Notes: generated by a model not told the origin, from the sequence alone. 64,000 nucleotides of DNA from Blastocystis sp. Blastoise (GCA_039096225.1 JBBPEB010000028.1:186001-250000), one strand, 5' to 3'; shown: positions 32,818 to 55,848, numbered from the stretch's first letter. Numbers and translations: made by a program.

Positions 32818-33214
32818 CCTTAATTTATTTACTATTCTTCGGTGTGATGATTGAGAAGTTAGATTACGTTCGTTATTTATTTGAATATAATGTCTTTATA
32901 TACTTATTATTAGTATCTTTAGTTATTTCCGGTCTCTACTTTGTATATATATATAATAACTATTATTATTATTCATTCATAATATTATATAATCAATATA
33001 AAATGTATCTTATATATGATTATATAATTAGATGTTCAAGCCTAATGATCGTAAGAAGCGACTTCGATCTTTAAAGAAGGATATTGCATTCACGGATAAG
33101 AGAGAATATGACAGAGATATGAAGAAGAGAGAATCCAAGAGGAAACGTCAAGAGGAACAAGAAGAGAAAGATAATAAGAAGAATCAAACTGAAATTGAAA
33201 TGGTACCTATTTAA
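30233..33214 (+). CDS. LMBR1/LIMR-family multipass membrane protein, multi-exon
   Basis: VLFPLDVYN, IIPFTMFYYEAD, GWLLFALFAGAGLTALP, IHSMNVHDTMINSLVFNGGL, RYLFEYNVF. The model needs the AT-AC intron at 32747-32832. Confidence 0.88.
32747..32832 (+). other. U12-type AT-AC intron in the LMBR1/LIMR gene
   Basis: Donor ATATCCTCC, branch TCCTTAAT at 32817-32824, ends AC. Removal gives SDIK-L-FFGVMIEKLDYV in frame. Confidence 0.9.
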
Positions 33215-33861
33215 ATACTCTAATAGATAAAATACTATTTGTCTATCTATTATCTATATTAATATAAATAATATTCCTTTATCTATTTATGTACTATTTT
33301 ATTCTATTTTATATTTGTATAATTTATCAATATCTTCTTCTTTATGTATATTTATATTCTTCATATATACATCTTTGTTTTCTATATCATTTTATTTTCT
33401 TTGTATACTCTTCTCTTTTCTATTTTCAAATTCTATTCTGTCCTCTTTTTTTCTTTAACTTTTATAACCATAGATTTTTTATAATAATTAATATTAAAGA
33501 CTTTTATATATAAATAGCTAATTGTATTTACTGAAATCTTTATATTCCACTATTTACAGACACAACTCAACAAAAATAAGACAATTTAAATAATAGCAAA
33601 AAAAAAAAAAAGATTATTTCTTTTTTTTTGTCCTATTTTTTTACTCAATGTAAACTCTAAAAAACATGATAGATCTATCCTTATTCCTTAATGAACTCAA
33701 ACAAACTATTATTACCCTAAAACCCTGTTAATTCAGTCTATTTATGACAATATGATATCGATATATATATATAAATCAACTTTTTTAGAGTCTTTTAAAC
33801 ATGGTGTCTCAACAGAGACCTTATTCGTTGTGTAAAACACTCCAACTAACAAAATATCTAT

Positions 33862-34076
33862 AATGAATAAACGAATGGATTCTGTTCAGTGTTCGCCATA
33901 GCCTACCCAGGGTAAGGGGTCTACCCCAGAAGGTTTTCTACCTACGCCTTGAGCCGCCAGAAGTACCCTTAAAACTGGCTCTTTTAGGAGTTTTGTACCC
34001 CAGCAGAGTCTTTGTAGCGAACCCTGATTCTGTTGACCATAAAGAGGAATTGTCCAATCATTCGTCATTTTCATTT
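33862..34076 (-). ncRNA. Unidentified structured non-coding RNA candidate
   Basis: GC-rich intergenic island with nested helices on the - strand: AATGAA..GACGAATG/CATTCGTT..TTCATT, TCAG.GTTCGCT/GGCGAAC.CTGA, CTGCTGGGGTAC/GTACTTCTGGCGG, and hairpins AGGT-AGAAA-ACCT and GGGG-TAGA-CCCC. G-U pairs favour the - strand. Confidence 0.6.
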
Positions 34077-34330
34077 AACCGTTGAGATGTCTCTTGAATA
34101 AGAATGGAGTAGAACCAATAATTACCGCGGTACTTCTCGTCTATTTTATGCTATTCTTCACCATCCAATTGATTATCCATAAAATTGTGGTTTTCTTTTC
34201 TGTTATGGAATATGACGCACCATGGTAAATTCCCTTCATTGTTACATTTCAAGAAACGTTGTACTTTTACTTTTATATTATCTATTTCTTTTCATTAAGA
34301 AATTATATACTTCTTTCTACTTTCTAGAAG

Positions 34331-35047
34331 ATGGCAAAAGATCCTAACTTATGTAATGCTATTCATATGAGCGTTGGTTTCTTCCTTTTATTCTTAGGTA
34401 TTCTTTTTTTTGAATATTATTTTGACTTATTAATTGTCTATATAGGATTTAACACTGCTCAAAACTTCTCTACTTCCATTCTTGGTATATTTATCATTTG
34501 TTTTTTGTATATTCATTAGGTGATATTGGTGCTATCTCACTTGCTATTTGTTATTTTGTTGCTGCTGTCTTTAGTATCTTTGTCCCTTCCGTTATCTCCA
34601 TGTTCCCTTCTGTCATGAGTCTTATGTGGGTCGCTACATTATGTTACGCGTATTTATACAAAATTTATTCTTTTTAACATTCTCTTAAACTCTCTAGTCT
34701 TTTCCTTCTTACTTATATTTACATTGTACCTTGGCTTGTCATTGTTTTATCCTTTGTCCTAGGTTTTGGTGCTGCTGTATGTGTGTTTTTTAGTTTATTC
34801 TTTTTATTTTTTATTTTTTTATTTTTTTATTTTTTATTTGAAAATTTGTTTATAAATGAATATTTAAATGATTTTCTCTGTATATATAGAACTTATATTC
34901 TTGTGAAGGTATGTATTTGAATGCTTGTTGTACTGATAAGGATCGTGGAATGAAAACAGGTGTTTATTGGTGTATGGCCATGGTGGGAAATATATCCTTT
35001 ATTATTATTATTATTATTATTATATATTATTATTATTATATATTATA

Positions 35048-35081
<34 letters not shown>

Positions 35082-36770
35082 TATTATTATTATTAATAAG
35101 TGTTCTAATTGTGTTCTTAATCTATTTACGGTCTTGGTGCATTCATAGGTTATTGTATTATTGCTTATCTTCCCCCTGTATGTAATAATAATCATAATCA
35201 TAATAATAATCATAATCATAATAATAATCATAATAAACATAATAATCATAATCATAATATATATAGTCTGAAGGTATAGTTGGCCAAGGTTGGCAGGGTA
35301 CTAATTCTATTCTCTTTATTATCTTAGCCGTTGTTCTTTTCATTGGTGTCATTGTCCTCGCTACACTTCGTAAACCCACCTTAGTTCCCGGTAAAGGCGG
35401 CAATGAAGGTCCTTTGAAGTTAATTAATGAAAAGGACAAGAGCGTCTCTTTATGTCAACGTGTTATGGGAGTATTAAAACTATTAGTTAATCCTAGAATG
35501 CTACTTATTGAACCACTCATGTTCTGTAATGGTATATATATATATATATATAAGAATCATAATCATAATAATTATATTATTTATATGATTCTTTAAAAGT
35601 ATAATATACTATATATACTATATTTATATAGGATACATTGCTATTTTTGCTCCTGCTCAAGTATCTCGTCAGATACGTAATACATCAATTGTTGGATTAT
35701 GTACAGTTGTGTTCTCTGTCGTTGAAATTGTATTCTCATTTATTAACGGCTGGTTTAACGATAAAGTTGGTAACTGGATTGTCATTGTTTATGGTAGTAT
35801 TGCTCAAGTATTTATATACTTTATTCTATTTATTATATTAATATTTTATATTATTTATTATATTAATCTTTTATATTATTTATTATATTACTATTTATTA
35901 TACTTTAGGCTGTAGCTATGATATTATCCTTAGTAGAAGACCAAGAAGATCAACGTTTATATATGCTTTTCATCGCTTATGCTCTTTATGGTGTTGGTGA
36001 TTCTGTCTATCAAAACCAAGCTCTTGTATTAACAATGAATACATTCCCTGATCAATCCGATAATGCTAATTCTGTCTTTAGATTAGTATTCATACATATA
36101 TATACATATTTACATATATATTCTATATAATGTATTCATTAATATATAACTATATACATATTCATATATATATATATTTACCTATGTAGGTACAATTCTT
36201 TGCTTGTGGTGTTTGCTTTGTTTTAGCCCCTCTTTTTGTGTCCAATGGTTCCGTTGTTGCTACTCACGATAATGTATTTATATATATTTATAATAATAAT
36301 AATTCTACTATATTATACTATATATACTATACTATACTATATATTATATATATAGTTCTTAATTGAATGTTATATTCCTTGGATTCTTCTTCTTCTTTCT
36401 CTTATTTTCTTCTTTATATTCCAATTCACTTCTCCTAAAAAAGATAAAGTATATTATTTATATATTGTCCTTTATTTTTATTATATACTGTTATAATACT
36501 AAGAATCATCAATAGAATATATACTATATTTTTATATTAATAATAATAATATATATATGTATATATATATAGAAGATAGTTGCTCATACTTCCACTCCTT
36601 CTACTGCTAAGGATGTTGAAACAATTGCTGTTGAAAATAAAACTTCAGAACAAAAAGAAGATGTTCCTGCTGTTACTGTTGCTGAAAACACAAATACTCA
36701 AGTAACTCCTGCTGTTACTGAAAGTACAGAAGTAACTCCTGCTGATGTACCTACTGTTGTTTCTGCCTAA
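34331..36770 (+). CDS. UNC-93-like major facilitator superfamily membrane protein, multi-exon
   Basis: SVGFFLLFLGFNTAQNF, GAISLAICY, LGFGAA.LYSCEGMYL, KLLVNPRMLLIEPLMFCNG, YGVGDSVYQNQ, ANSVFRLVQF. The model needs the AT-AC intron at 34992-35129. Confidence 0.88.
34992..35129 (+). other. U12-type AT-AC intron in the UNC-93-like gene
   Basis: Donor ATATCCTTT, branch TTCTTAAT at 35114-35121, ends AC. Removal joins MAMVGN to GLGAFIGYCII in frame. Confidence 0.9.
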
Positions 36771-37254
36771 ATAGGAATTATATATATATAATTCTAGGTT
36801 TATAATATAATATAGATCTTTCTTCTTATCTCTTTTATTCTATATCGGACATTTCATCATTATTATATATATTAACTTCGTGATATAGAAATAGAATAGT
36901 ATTTATTTTTTAATTAACTATAAAAACAGTTGTTTATTTTTGTATGTCTTTTTATTATTTTGTTTCGTTTATATTTGTTTGATTGAATACTCTTCAAATC
37001 TTTTTTTTTTTTTGAAAATAAACAATTATTCTATTTCTTTAATCATATTAATAAAGGTATACACTGTTTCAAAAAATATATATAATTATTTAAGAACAAC
37101 AAAACAACTCATAAATACTAACGTTTATATATGTAAATATTGTTAGATATTTACAGTATGCCCAAGTCATAATAAAACCAAATTTTTCACAATCAAAAAA
37201 AAAAAATAAAAAGATATATATATATATATATAGATAAGAAATTTATTCAAATAA

Positions 37255-40479
<3,225 letters not shown>

Positions 40480-40738
40480 TGTTATGTATTTAATTAATCA
40501 AAAATCTAAAGAGAACAATAATTAGCAATAAAAAAGATGGAAAAATCATTAGACTTACGAATAAATAAAGAAATCAAAACAAAAAACAATTAACATCATT
40601 TCCATTTTTAATGTTCTTCCAAAAGAAGCGATTGAAAACAATGTCGAAATATGAACATCCAGTTTTCAGACAGTCTGAATTGTTTTGAAATTCAAATATT
40701 CAAATGCTATTTTCTTTGTATTGACAGTGGTAAAGTAC

Positions 40739-42099
40739 ATGAAACGTTCTTATTATGATTCTCTTATTCTATATTTTGAAACGAAAATTGATCGATCCGA
40801 GGATTTCACTGAGGATGATAGTCTGAATTTCCCAGAATATTCGTATTCTCAGTTATTAACCATATTCAAGTATTGTATATTACTGTTTAGTTCATTTATA
40901 ATAAGTTAGACAACATTATAATTTATATGTTCAGTCAAAAGAACGTTATCAACAAAATGAGATACAGAAAACAATTTCACAGTATGTTATCTACATCTAA
41001 AAACTATGTCGATACTAATAGAAATTCAACAGGTATAAAAGTGGTTCTTCACTGTTATCTTTGGCAAGATCTTGTCATTTATATCCGATAGAATTTGTGG
41101 TTGCATTCTTATGTGTATATTTAAGACAAAAGAAGGTATCTGCTTTAAGAACAATGCAGAATCTGAGTAGTTTAAACGATTCTCGTCTTGAAAAAGAAGT
41201 AAATAAAATTATTGTATTTTTAGTGTATTATTATAGATTGATGAATGTATTCAAAACGATACTGTTAATTCTATTTATTATGATTCTATTAGACATGCTG
41301 CTGGGATCGAATATGAATATAAATTACAAGTATATATATGTTTTTTATTTTTATTATATTTTATATGACATTTAATATATATGTATATGTATAAATAGAA
41401 AGAATTATCAGATCGAAAAATTCCCTTTAAAACAGAAGCTGATATGAGGTATATATATATATATAGTATTTATTATTACTCTTGTTAACTATATTATTCA
41501 TCCTATTCATATATTATTTAATTATATATATATATATATATATATAGAGATAGAGGAATGGCAAAAACTCCAGACATTTTATTAGATGTTCCTCTAGCAA
41601 TAAAAACTGAAAAGTATATATACGTATTATTCTATTCTATTCTATTCTATTCTATTCTATATATATATATATATAAAGTGGTTGGACTTGTATAAAATGG
41701 ATTGATAGTAAAGCGATGTTTGGAAATCCTTATTGGTATATATATATATAATTACTATTCTATGTTACACCACTTATATATAAATATATATATAATATTT
41801 CTACATTATTTAATACTATCAATAACTAAATCTATATAATCTATAGGCAAACCCAACATGAGGAACAATTATTTTCATATGTCAATCGATTTGGAAATGG
41901 TTGTGTTATTTATATATCCTTTTCAAAAGATTCATTATTTATAAAAATTATTATTATAAATATATTATTATTTGCCTTAATATAATAATGGTTTGGATTT
42001 GTAGAACCTGAAACATCCTACAAGGAAATCCTCTTTTTTGACTCATTTCCAAAGTCTTATTGTTCATTTCATACTGGATTATGTATTGAAAAAGACTGA
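40739..42099 (+). CDS. CDIN1: CDIN1/C15orf41-like (TPD domain) nuclease-fold protein, multi-exon; start codon uncertain
   Basis: IRHAAGIEYEYKL, PFKTEADMR, KTPDILLDVP, KWIDSKAMFG, QLFSYVNRFGNGCVIY-WFGF. The model needs the AT-AA intron at 41914-41988. Confidence 0.88.
41914..41988 (+). other. U12-type AT-AA intron in CDIN1
   Basis: Donor ATATCCTTTT, branch GCCTTAAT at 41974-41981. The conserved VIY-WFGF motif fixes the 3' end at AA. Confidence 0.87.
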
Positions 42100-42694
42100 A
42101 ATGGATCTTAAACATGCATACAAATGTAACGATAATCTTTCTGTATTGTTTATTTTACTAAATTAAGTATAAATAAAATAAACATTTATGTATATTACTA
42201 GTATTCCATGATTCTTTAAGAAATAGTTCTATTATTAAATTTAATAATAGGTGTATATTCTTTGTGAATCATTTCTATATTTCAAATCATTATTTTAAAT
42301 ATAACATTCACAAAAGTTATAAACAAATATTATTGAATCCATTTTTAAAGAATCATAATAATTTCAAATATCTTAACTACATCTCCTCTATACATATTAT
42401 GTCACTACAATACATATCTTTCAATTTAAATTACTCCAAAAATGACCTAAATTGAATATTCATTTTCCCTACTTAAAGAGTTTTTCTCATAAAATTTATT
42501 TTGAATGATTATCGTTAGTTTTCTCCAGATTACCCCAAAAAGAAACGAGTTTTATTGGAATTCTTCAGAATTCGCCACGTCAACGAATTTTTTATTGTTT
42601 TTTTGAAGCTATATCATTAATTAGCACTTTTACACTTATAAGGTGAAAGGCTTCTTGGTTATCCATCTAAACTTGCTATTTTTGAAACTACCTA

Positions 42695-45731
<3,037 letters not shown>

Positions 45732-46588
45732 TACTATTTCAGGCATGTATGATCGAAATATATATATATATATATATCATATATCAAATATACTGCTTTT
45801 CGTACCTAGTCATTTTCTATTTTGTTACTCTTGTAATCTTACTAGTTATATATCTGTTCTTCTATTTTATCTCTCTTTAAAGCATTATTGACTTCTTTTT
45901 TTCCATTTTTTAAGTGTTTTTATATTATATTATTTCTTTTCTATTTTTCAAATCAAGAATCTAGTTATTTTATTTAGTATTTTTATTTATATGAGTTTAT
46001 AGAAACAGTCATATTCAATATTTTCTGTTTTTCTTATGATATTTGAATCGGTAAATAATAATAAAAATTTTTGTTTTGTATTTTGAGTATATGTATAGAT
46101 TGTTATAAATCAAAGAATATGAGTATATATTATTATAACTTTACGATTATCTATAACGAAAGAATGTTTTAGAAGAAAGATCGAAAAAGTATGTTTTGAA
46201 TAATAGCAACCAAATAGTGTTCTAATTATTTTATTGTTCTTATTTATTTGTATATAAAGAATATATCTCAACAAAAAACAAAAACATTATAATTATTATT
46301 AAATATAAAATAAAAAAAAACATATACAGAAGAATGTTTATTATTAATAAAACAATAAAACAAGAGAAAAAAGAAAACAATAATATATAATAAAATAAAA
46401 ATACACATAATAAACCATGATATTGATATGTGTCTATAAATAAGAAGATAAAAACAATATACATGAACAAATAATTATCTTTATAAAATAAAAAAATATA
46501 TATATAAAATTTTATATAATAAATAAAATATTCATAACAGTTCTATCTCTTTGATATATAAGAGAATATATATAAAATAAAGACTGTA

Positions 46589-49005
<2,417 letters not shown>

Positions 49006-49370
49006 AATAATCTGAGGATTTAAAGAAAATACATAAAAATTTCCTTACACAGTAATTATTTATGAATAAAAGTGGATTAAGAAAATTGCTTTTTCCTATA
49101 AAGTAAACAGGAATTTTCTTAAGAGTTGCTAGCTTTTCTGTTACGAAAACAATAGGGAAACATATAAGTTTGAGGACAGGGTAGAAAAGTCGATTACAAC
49201 GAATTTCTATGAATAACCACGGTATTCATGTGCTATCTCAGTCAAAAACGAAAAATTCTTTTATGATTCCAGCTTAAAAGTGTCTGAAAAATGTACAGTT
49301 TTCACTGAAGAGTCATTTAAAACTAAATGAAGAGAATATTCTTATTGGTATAAATAATTATACTCTGGGA

Positions 49371-50006
49371 ATGCAAAGAAAAGTGATGAACGACAGAAAG
49401 GAATTATTTGGACAAGTATTAGGATTATTTTATTTCTGTTATATATGAAATTGTATAGTATCCAGGAAGTAGCGAACGAAACTCTCTTTTAGAAAAGAAT
49501 AAAACGTTCTTAGAACAAGAAAATGAAGAGAGACTAGGTGATCTTCATAGTAAAATGTCGTCTTTAAGAGAAGTATGTAATCATAGTCGCATTTTGTTTT
49601 TATTTTGTTTCTTGTTTCTTTTCTTTTTGTCATTATATACATATATATTTTATTGTCTTATGATCCTCTAATTTTCATGTTTTTTTTTCTTCTTTTCTTA
49701 GGATATAAATAATTCGTAATTATTGTCTATATATATAAATAGTTAGCTATTGATATCAATACAGAAGTTAAAACTCAAAATAAATATCTCGATGAAATGG
49801 TAATATATTTCTTCTTCTAATTATCATAAATATAATAGTATTATTTATCTCTATAGAATCAAGATATGAATAAAACTCAAGGTTTACTTGGAAATACTAT
49901 TGGTAAAATTGGTGAATTAATGAAGTCAGGAGATGGTAATTATATGTGTTTACTTATAGTCTTTATTGTCATTGTCTTTTTAGTTGTTTGGAAATTATTT
50001 AAATAA
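49371..50006 (+). CDS. BET1: Qc-SNARE, BET1-like, 4 exons
   Basis: LEQENEERLGDLHSKMSSLRELAIDINTEVKTQNKYLDEM SNARE motif and a C-terminal transmembrane anchor. Confidence 0.85.
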
Positions 50007-50719
50007 GACTATTACTTATAATTTTATATATATATATATATATTTAATATTCATATACATTTTCTAAAATCATTTTGATTTTTATTTATCTTCTTTTTCT
50101 CTTTTCAATTATTTTGTATATCTTTATTTTCAATTAAATCTATTTATTTTGTATTTTATTCCATAAGAAAAATAATTATTATGATTGGTATATCAATTTA
50201 TTATTATGAATTGTTCGTCTGTCATCTATTTGTGTTGTTCCATGTAATTCATATATATTTATATATTCGAGCTAGTCAATATTTCATTTATTAGAACAAA
50301 TCAAGAAACTTTAAAAATGTCTATAAACAATTGAATATACATATCTTTCAACTCATTTTATTAGAGTATATATGGCTATTCTTTACAAGAATTATATTTT
50401 AAATATTAAAATACTAGTTAATAGTTACAATTGTCGTCAGAAACATTCTCATATTTGTTTTAAATCATTTCAGTATTCGCAAACTTGTTTTTAGACAGAA
50501 AATATATAATTATTATGCCATAAAAGTGATATCCATTTGGATATAAAAGTAAAAAGTCTCATGTATATAAAAAATACAGAAATTCATAAATTCTTGGGAA
50601 AATGGTTCCTTTATGGGTTTTTTCGTTTATTTCAATGGGAATAAATAATGATTGTGTTTACAGAAATAAAGAAAAATAAGATATTTCATTAGTTTTATAA
50701 TTGTTTATTTGGAATTAAA

Positions 50720-51850
50720 ATGGAAGATCAATTATCTATCTTAGATCAATGCCCTCCTCTTGTTTGTAAGTGAATTCAAATTCCGAGAAACAATATAATC
50801 CTCATTTCTTTTTTATAGTATGTGGACCTAGTGGTGTAGGTAAGAGTGTTCTTATTGGAAAACTCATGAAAGATTATCCTGATTCTTTTGGTTTTAGTGT
50901 TAGTCATACTACTCGTCAACCTAGAGAAGGTGAAATCAATCATATTCATTATAATTTCGTCACTAAAGAAGAAATCACTAAGGATATCGATGCTGGACTT
51001 TTCATTGAGCATGCTAATGTTCATGGAAATATCTATGGTACTTCCATTAATTCCGTTGTTGACGTCGTCAAGAAGGGTAAAATCTGTATCTTAGATATTG
51101 ATATTCAAGTATGCTTTTTTATTTATTTATTGTGTTTTTCTTTAAATTATTACTTTTTATTTTAGATATAAATATATATAAATATTTTTTAAGTATTTAT
51201 AAGAACTTTAATATATTATACTCTATAGGGAGTTGAATCTGTTATGAGATTAGGTGTAAAAGCTGTCTATATTATGATATTACCTCCTAGTCACGAAGAA
51301 TTAGAAAGAAGATTAAGATCTCGTGCTACTGGTATGTTTATATATTTAGATATTATTATTATTTATAATATATTTATTATTATTTATTTTTTTTTATTTA
51401 TTTTTATTTATTTATTTTTATTTATTTTTATTTATTATTATTTATTTTTTATATTCTTCTTCTTCTTCTTCATGATTTATATATATGTATATATATTTCT
51501 TTCGTTTGATTCTATATATTAACTACTATTATCTCTCTATTATGATATGTGTATAGATTCTGAAGAAGCTATTACTCTTCGCTTAAAGAATTCCTTTAAA
51601 GAAATTGATGAATCTGAAAAAGTCAATTTTACTCATAGACTTGTTAATGATAACTTAGATGTATATATATTTATAGTTATTCTTAATATTTTTATATGCT
51701 AAATATTTCAAACAATCCTATTTATTCAATCGTAATATTATTATATATATATATATTATATATTCAATTTTATAGATTGCTTATGGTCAACTTAAGTCTT
51801 ACGTTGCTCCTTTGATTGAAAAATTAGAAGTATACAGAAAAACTTTGTAA
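50720..51850 (+). CDS. GUK1: Guanylate kinase, 5 exons
   Basis: [63 protein letters not shown]. Confidence 0.96.
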
Positions 51851-52074
51851 TGAATATGTTCTTTCTTTATTATTTCTATTATTATGACAATCAATTCTTT
51901 TGATCTTGTCTGATTTTGTTTTGTTTAAAATCAATATATGTAGAATCTGTCATATAGACTTAAATTTATTTAGAAAAAACATGTATCAATAAGAGAACAA
52001 ATATAATTCTTCATTAACTAAGAAATCATTTCTTTTCAAAATGAAACACCATTCTTTAAATAACTTTTTTTAAC

Positions 52075-53304
52075 ATGGATATCATTCAGATTAAAGAAGA
52101 AGCTAATAATTCAAGTACTCAACGATTTCTCTATACATATTTATGCATTTAATTAGGTTTAGCAAAACAATTAGATTCTACTTTTCAAATTCAGAATAAT
52201 ATGATTGGAATGAGCATCCCAATGAAGATTACAGACCGTTACACAATGCAAAAACAAATAGATAAATCTGCTTATTATGATAGAACAAAATTACTTGGTC
52301 GTGGTCGAATGGGTTCTGTTTATTTAGGTGTATATTCGTTTACTGTATTCATATATACTCTATTTATTATAGAAAGATCCAAAAACAGGAAAGAAAGTAG
52401 CTATCAAAACAATTAAAACAGATAAGAATGGTCTTGAAATGACTTCATTAAGAGAAATAAAGATTTTAAATGAGGTTTGTCAATCGAAACAACTTAATAT
52501 AATTCAACTTCTTGATGTTTTCCATACTCAAGGTGAGGTCAATTTAGTATTAGAATATTGTTGTACGGATCTTGGAAGAATTCTAAAAGATAAAGAAATA
52601 AAATTGTCAGAATCAGATATCAAGACTATTATGAAAGAATGTTTAGAATCTTTAGATTATTGTCATAAACATTGGATAATGCATAGAGATATAAAACCAG
52701 ATAATATTTTCATTGATGATCAAAACCATCATAAATTATCTGATTTCGGTTTATCGCGGTTTTATGGTACTCCTCGTGATAAATACACTTTTGAAGTCTA
52801 TACTATGTATATTTATATTCTATATATATATTATTTATTTTATTGTTTTATTTATGCTTTGAATATATTATTTGTTTATAAAGGTAATTTGAATTATATA
52901 TATATATATAGATTATATCGTCCCCCAGAATTATTCCTCCATGCCAATGCCTACGGTCCCGCGGCCGATATCTGGGCGCTGGGGATGGTCATGGCTGAAC
53001 TGGCTCTAAAAATACCTCTCTTACAAGTGACTAGTTATGTATATATAGTTATTATTATAATACTCTTTTTTTTGTTTGTTTATTTTTGATCCTTGATTAT
53101 CATTTATATTTTTTATATTAAATTTATTTTTTAAATTTATTATAATTATTCTATTTATTAGCATGTAATTTTCTATGTTTATTGTAGTATACTATTTATT
53201 ATATATTCTATTAATAATCTATAATATATGTATATAATAGGATGAAGCTACTCTATTATATACTATATATCACATTTTTGGAACACCTAATGAAGAATCA
53301 TGGC

Positions 53305-53335
<31 letters not shown>

Positions 53336-53603
53336 CTATATTACGAATTCATGATGATTTTTATAATTATAATATCTATATTCTATATATTAAGATGTTA
53401 TTATCTATTATTCTCCCTCAATATTCATTATATTGTCTTATCTTATATATATATAGGATTGCTCCCTTCTTCCGAATTATATGGAATTTGATTCCTGTTC
53501 TCCAATTAATTTTCATTCTATATTTCCGAATATGAGTGATCAATATATAGATCTATTTAAACAAATGTGCACTATTAACCCGAATCATAGAATCTCAGCA
53601 GAA

Positions 53604-53639
<36 letters not shown>

Positions 53640-53837
53640 CACTTTCGTCATTTCTTTAATTATATTTTTTATGTTCTTTATATTCTTTTTATCTATCTTA
53701 AATTTTATTTATTGAAATCATATTTATATTATATTGAATCATTTATATATCTATAGGCATTAAAGCATCCATTCTTTTCCGTAGATCCCCAACCAACTCC
53801 TTTTAATCAATTACCTTATGATAAATATCATAAATAA
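52075..53837 (+). CDS. Cyclin-dependent kinase, CDK7/CDKD-like, multi-exon
   Basis: VAIK, TSLREIKIL, HWIMHRDIKPDN, LSDFGLSRFYGTP, YRPPELFL, ADIWALG, FGTPNEESWP, ALKHPFF. Confidence 0.85.
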
Positions 53838-54787
53838 TATCTTTATCGTCTCTCAGTTGCATTCCGCATACTCTTTTGTTTAATATAATTACGATATCAT
53901 CAACAGATATCTGAAATACAACCTATTAAAGAACGAAATCTAGTCAAAGACATTAAAAATCATTTCAATTATGATTCACAGATATCTCAAATGCATTATG
54001 AAATCATAATATTAAATATAAATATACTTAAATAAAAAAAGGAGACAAGTGATTTCAAATCAATTAAGAATAATCTCATACTTTCAATAAGTATATGCTA
54101 TTCTGATAGTATTAGACCTTTTCAAATAAATAAACTAAGAAATCATTCATTTTACACTCATATTTATTTTCAACATATTTTTTTTAATTTATTTGTAAAA
54201 ATAAGTATACTTTTGTTATCAAAAAATATAATTAAATTGATTTTTATATCCTTCTCATATATATACATTATTCTGAATTATACATTTTATATTTAAATAA
54301 CTCTACGCTTCTAAATACGCAATGATTATTTTTTTATTGGAGATTATAAATATGTATTCACATCCATAATCTCCACATATCTTCTAAGATTCACATAAAA
54401 TATTAAGAACCACTTATAAACCACAAATGTGCTTCATAATTTTAAAAACTAAAATAAATAAGTGAAGAAACACGAATACATCTTCTCTTTCTATATATCA
54501 ACAACTTGTTAACAACTTTTAAAACCAAGTCGCTTGGACTATCTCTCGTACAAATACGGGAATTTATCCTTAATGTCCATAGATTTCGTGATAATCACGG
54601 ATAAACTGTATTGACAAAAATTATTTTTCATAAAACCGCTACTTATGAGTTTAAAAAATAAAAACTCTTTCTTTTATGTCTTTGAAGCTCATTTTGGTTT
54701 ATTACTATCAGTATATATAATATTTAAATACATAAAAATTGGTTTTAAAATTTATTTATATTTTTTCTTCAATATTTAGGTAAATTG

Positions 54788-55804
54788 ATGACACAAAAGA
54801 GAGAAACATTTCTAACTGGATTAGAATCTGAGAATTCTATACAGACGTTACGTGAATTCATGGGATATCATAACGATAAAGCAAATGATTTTAAATTTGA
54901 AGATTTTTTACAAACTTTTCCAAATAAAGTATGATGTTTGTATTAAATTTTGAATTTTATTGATTCTAGGATTTGAATCGATTATGGAAATCGTTAAAAG
55001 AAATAAATCAGAATGCCTTTTTTGCATCTAAATTTGATCAAAAGCAAATAAGTGAATATCAATTATCTCTATGTATATAAATTGGAATATAATACAATAA
55101 AACATCGAATAAATCATCTTTATTTCTCTAGTTAATGAGGATGATACTACTGTTATCCAATCTACATTTTTACTTGCTAAAGCCACTTTCTCTGTATATA
55201 AATATAGTATAGTTGTTATAACATTTTTGTATGCATATATATTATATATATACATATATATATAGGTATCTCCTCTTTGTCCAGAAAATCTCATTTCTAC
55301 TTTATGTTTATATCATGAACGATTCTTCTGTTTTCCCGCGGTTATTCAAGATAATATTGCATTAACTATTGAGAAACTATGGAACACAGAATATGCTAAG
55401 AAGGAAACGTGTATTCCTGCGATTATTACGTATTTATTATTAAAAGCCTTACAAGAGGATAAGACACAAAAATATATAAAACGATTGTATATATGAATAT
55501 ATATGAATATATATGAATATAAATGAATATAAATGAATATAAATGAATATATATAATTTTATTTTTGTTAATATATATATACATACAAGTGTTTTATTAA
55601 TCTTTGAGTTATCTATTGTATTTAATACATTATATAACAAAATATAAATCATGTGATATCATAGATATGCGTTAAAGAATGGATTTGTGTTCCTGGATAT
55701 TGATGCTCCTCAATCAGATACATTGCGCGCGCTTCTTTTAAAAGCTATATTTAGCCCGCCATTCTTGATTTCAAAAGAGGGACGTTCACTTTGTTCTATG
55801 TATA

Positions 55805-55848
<44 letters not shown>

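Noticed and set aside
33714-33726. ACCCTAAAACCCT, telomere-like or template-like motif
   Set aside because: Only about 1.5 repeats in AT-rich DNA, on the strand opposite the folded RNA candidate. It cannot be evaluated without the telomere sequence.
33886-34074. 62-aa ORF over the GC-rich island, and a TPP-riboswitch-like look (TGAG..TACCCTT)
   Set aside because: The ORF has no family features and is better explained by RNA structure. The core TPP motifs (CUGAGA, CCUGAU) are missing.
54240-54590. ATATCCTT at about 54246 and TCCTTAAT at about 54567 between the CDK and NCAPG2 genes
   Set aside because: No flanking reading frame could be built, so a U12 intron cannot be supported here.
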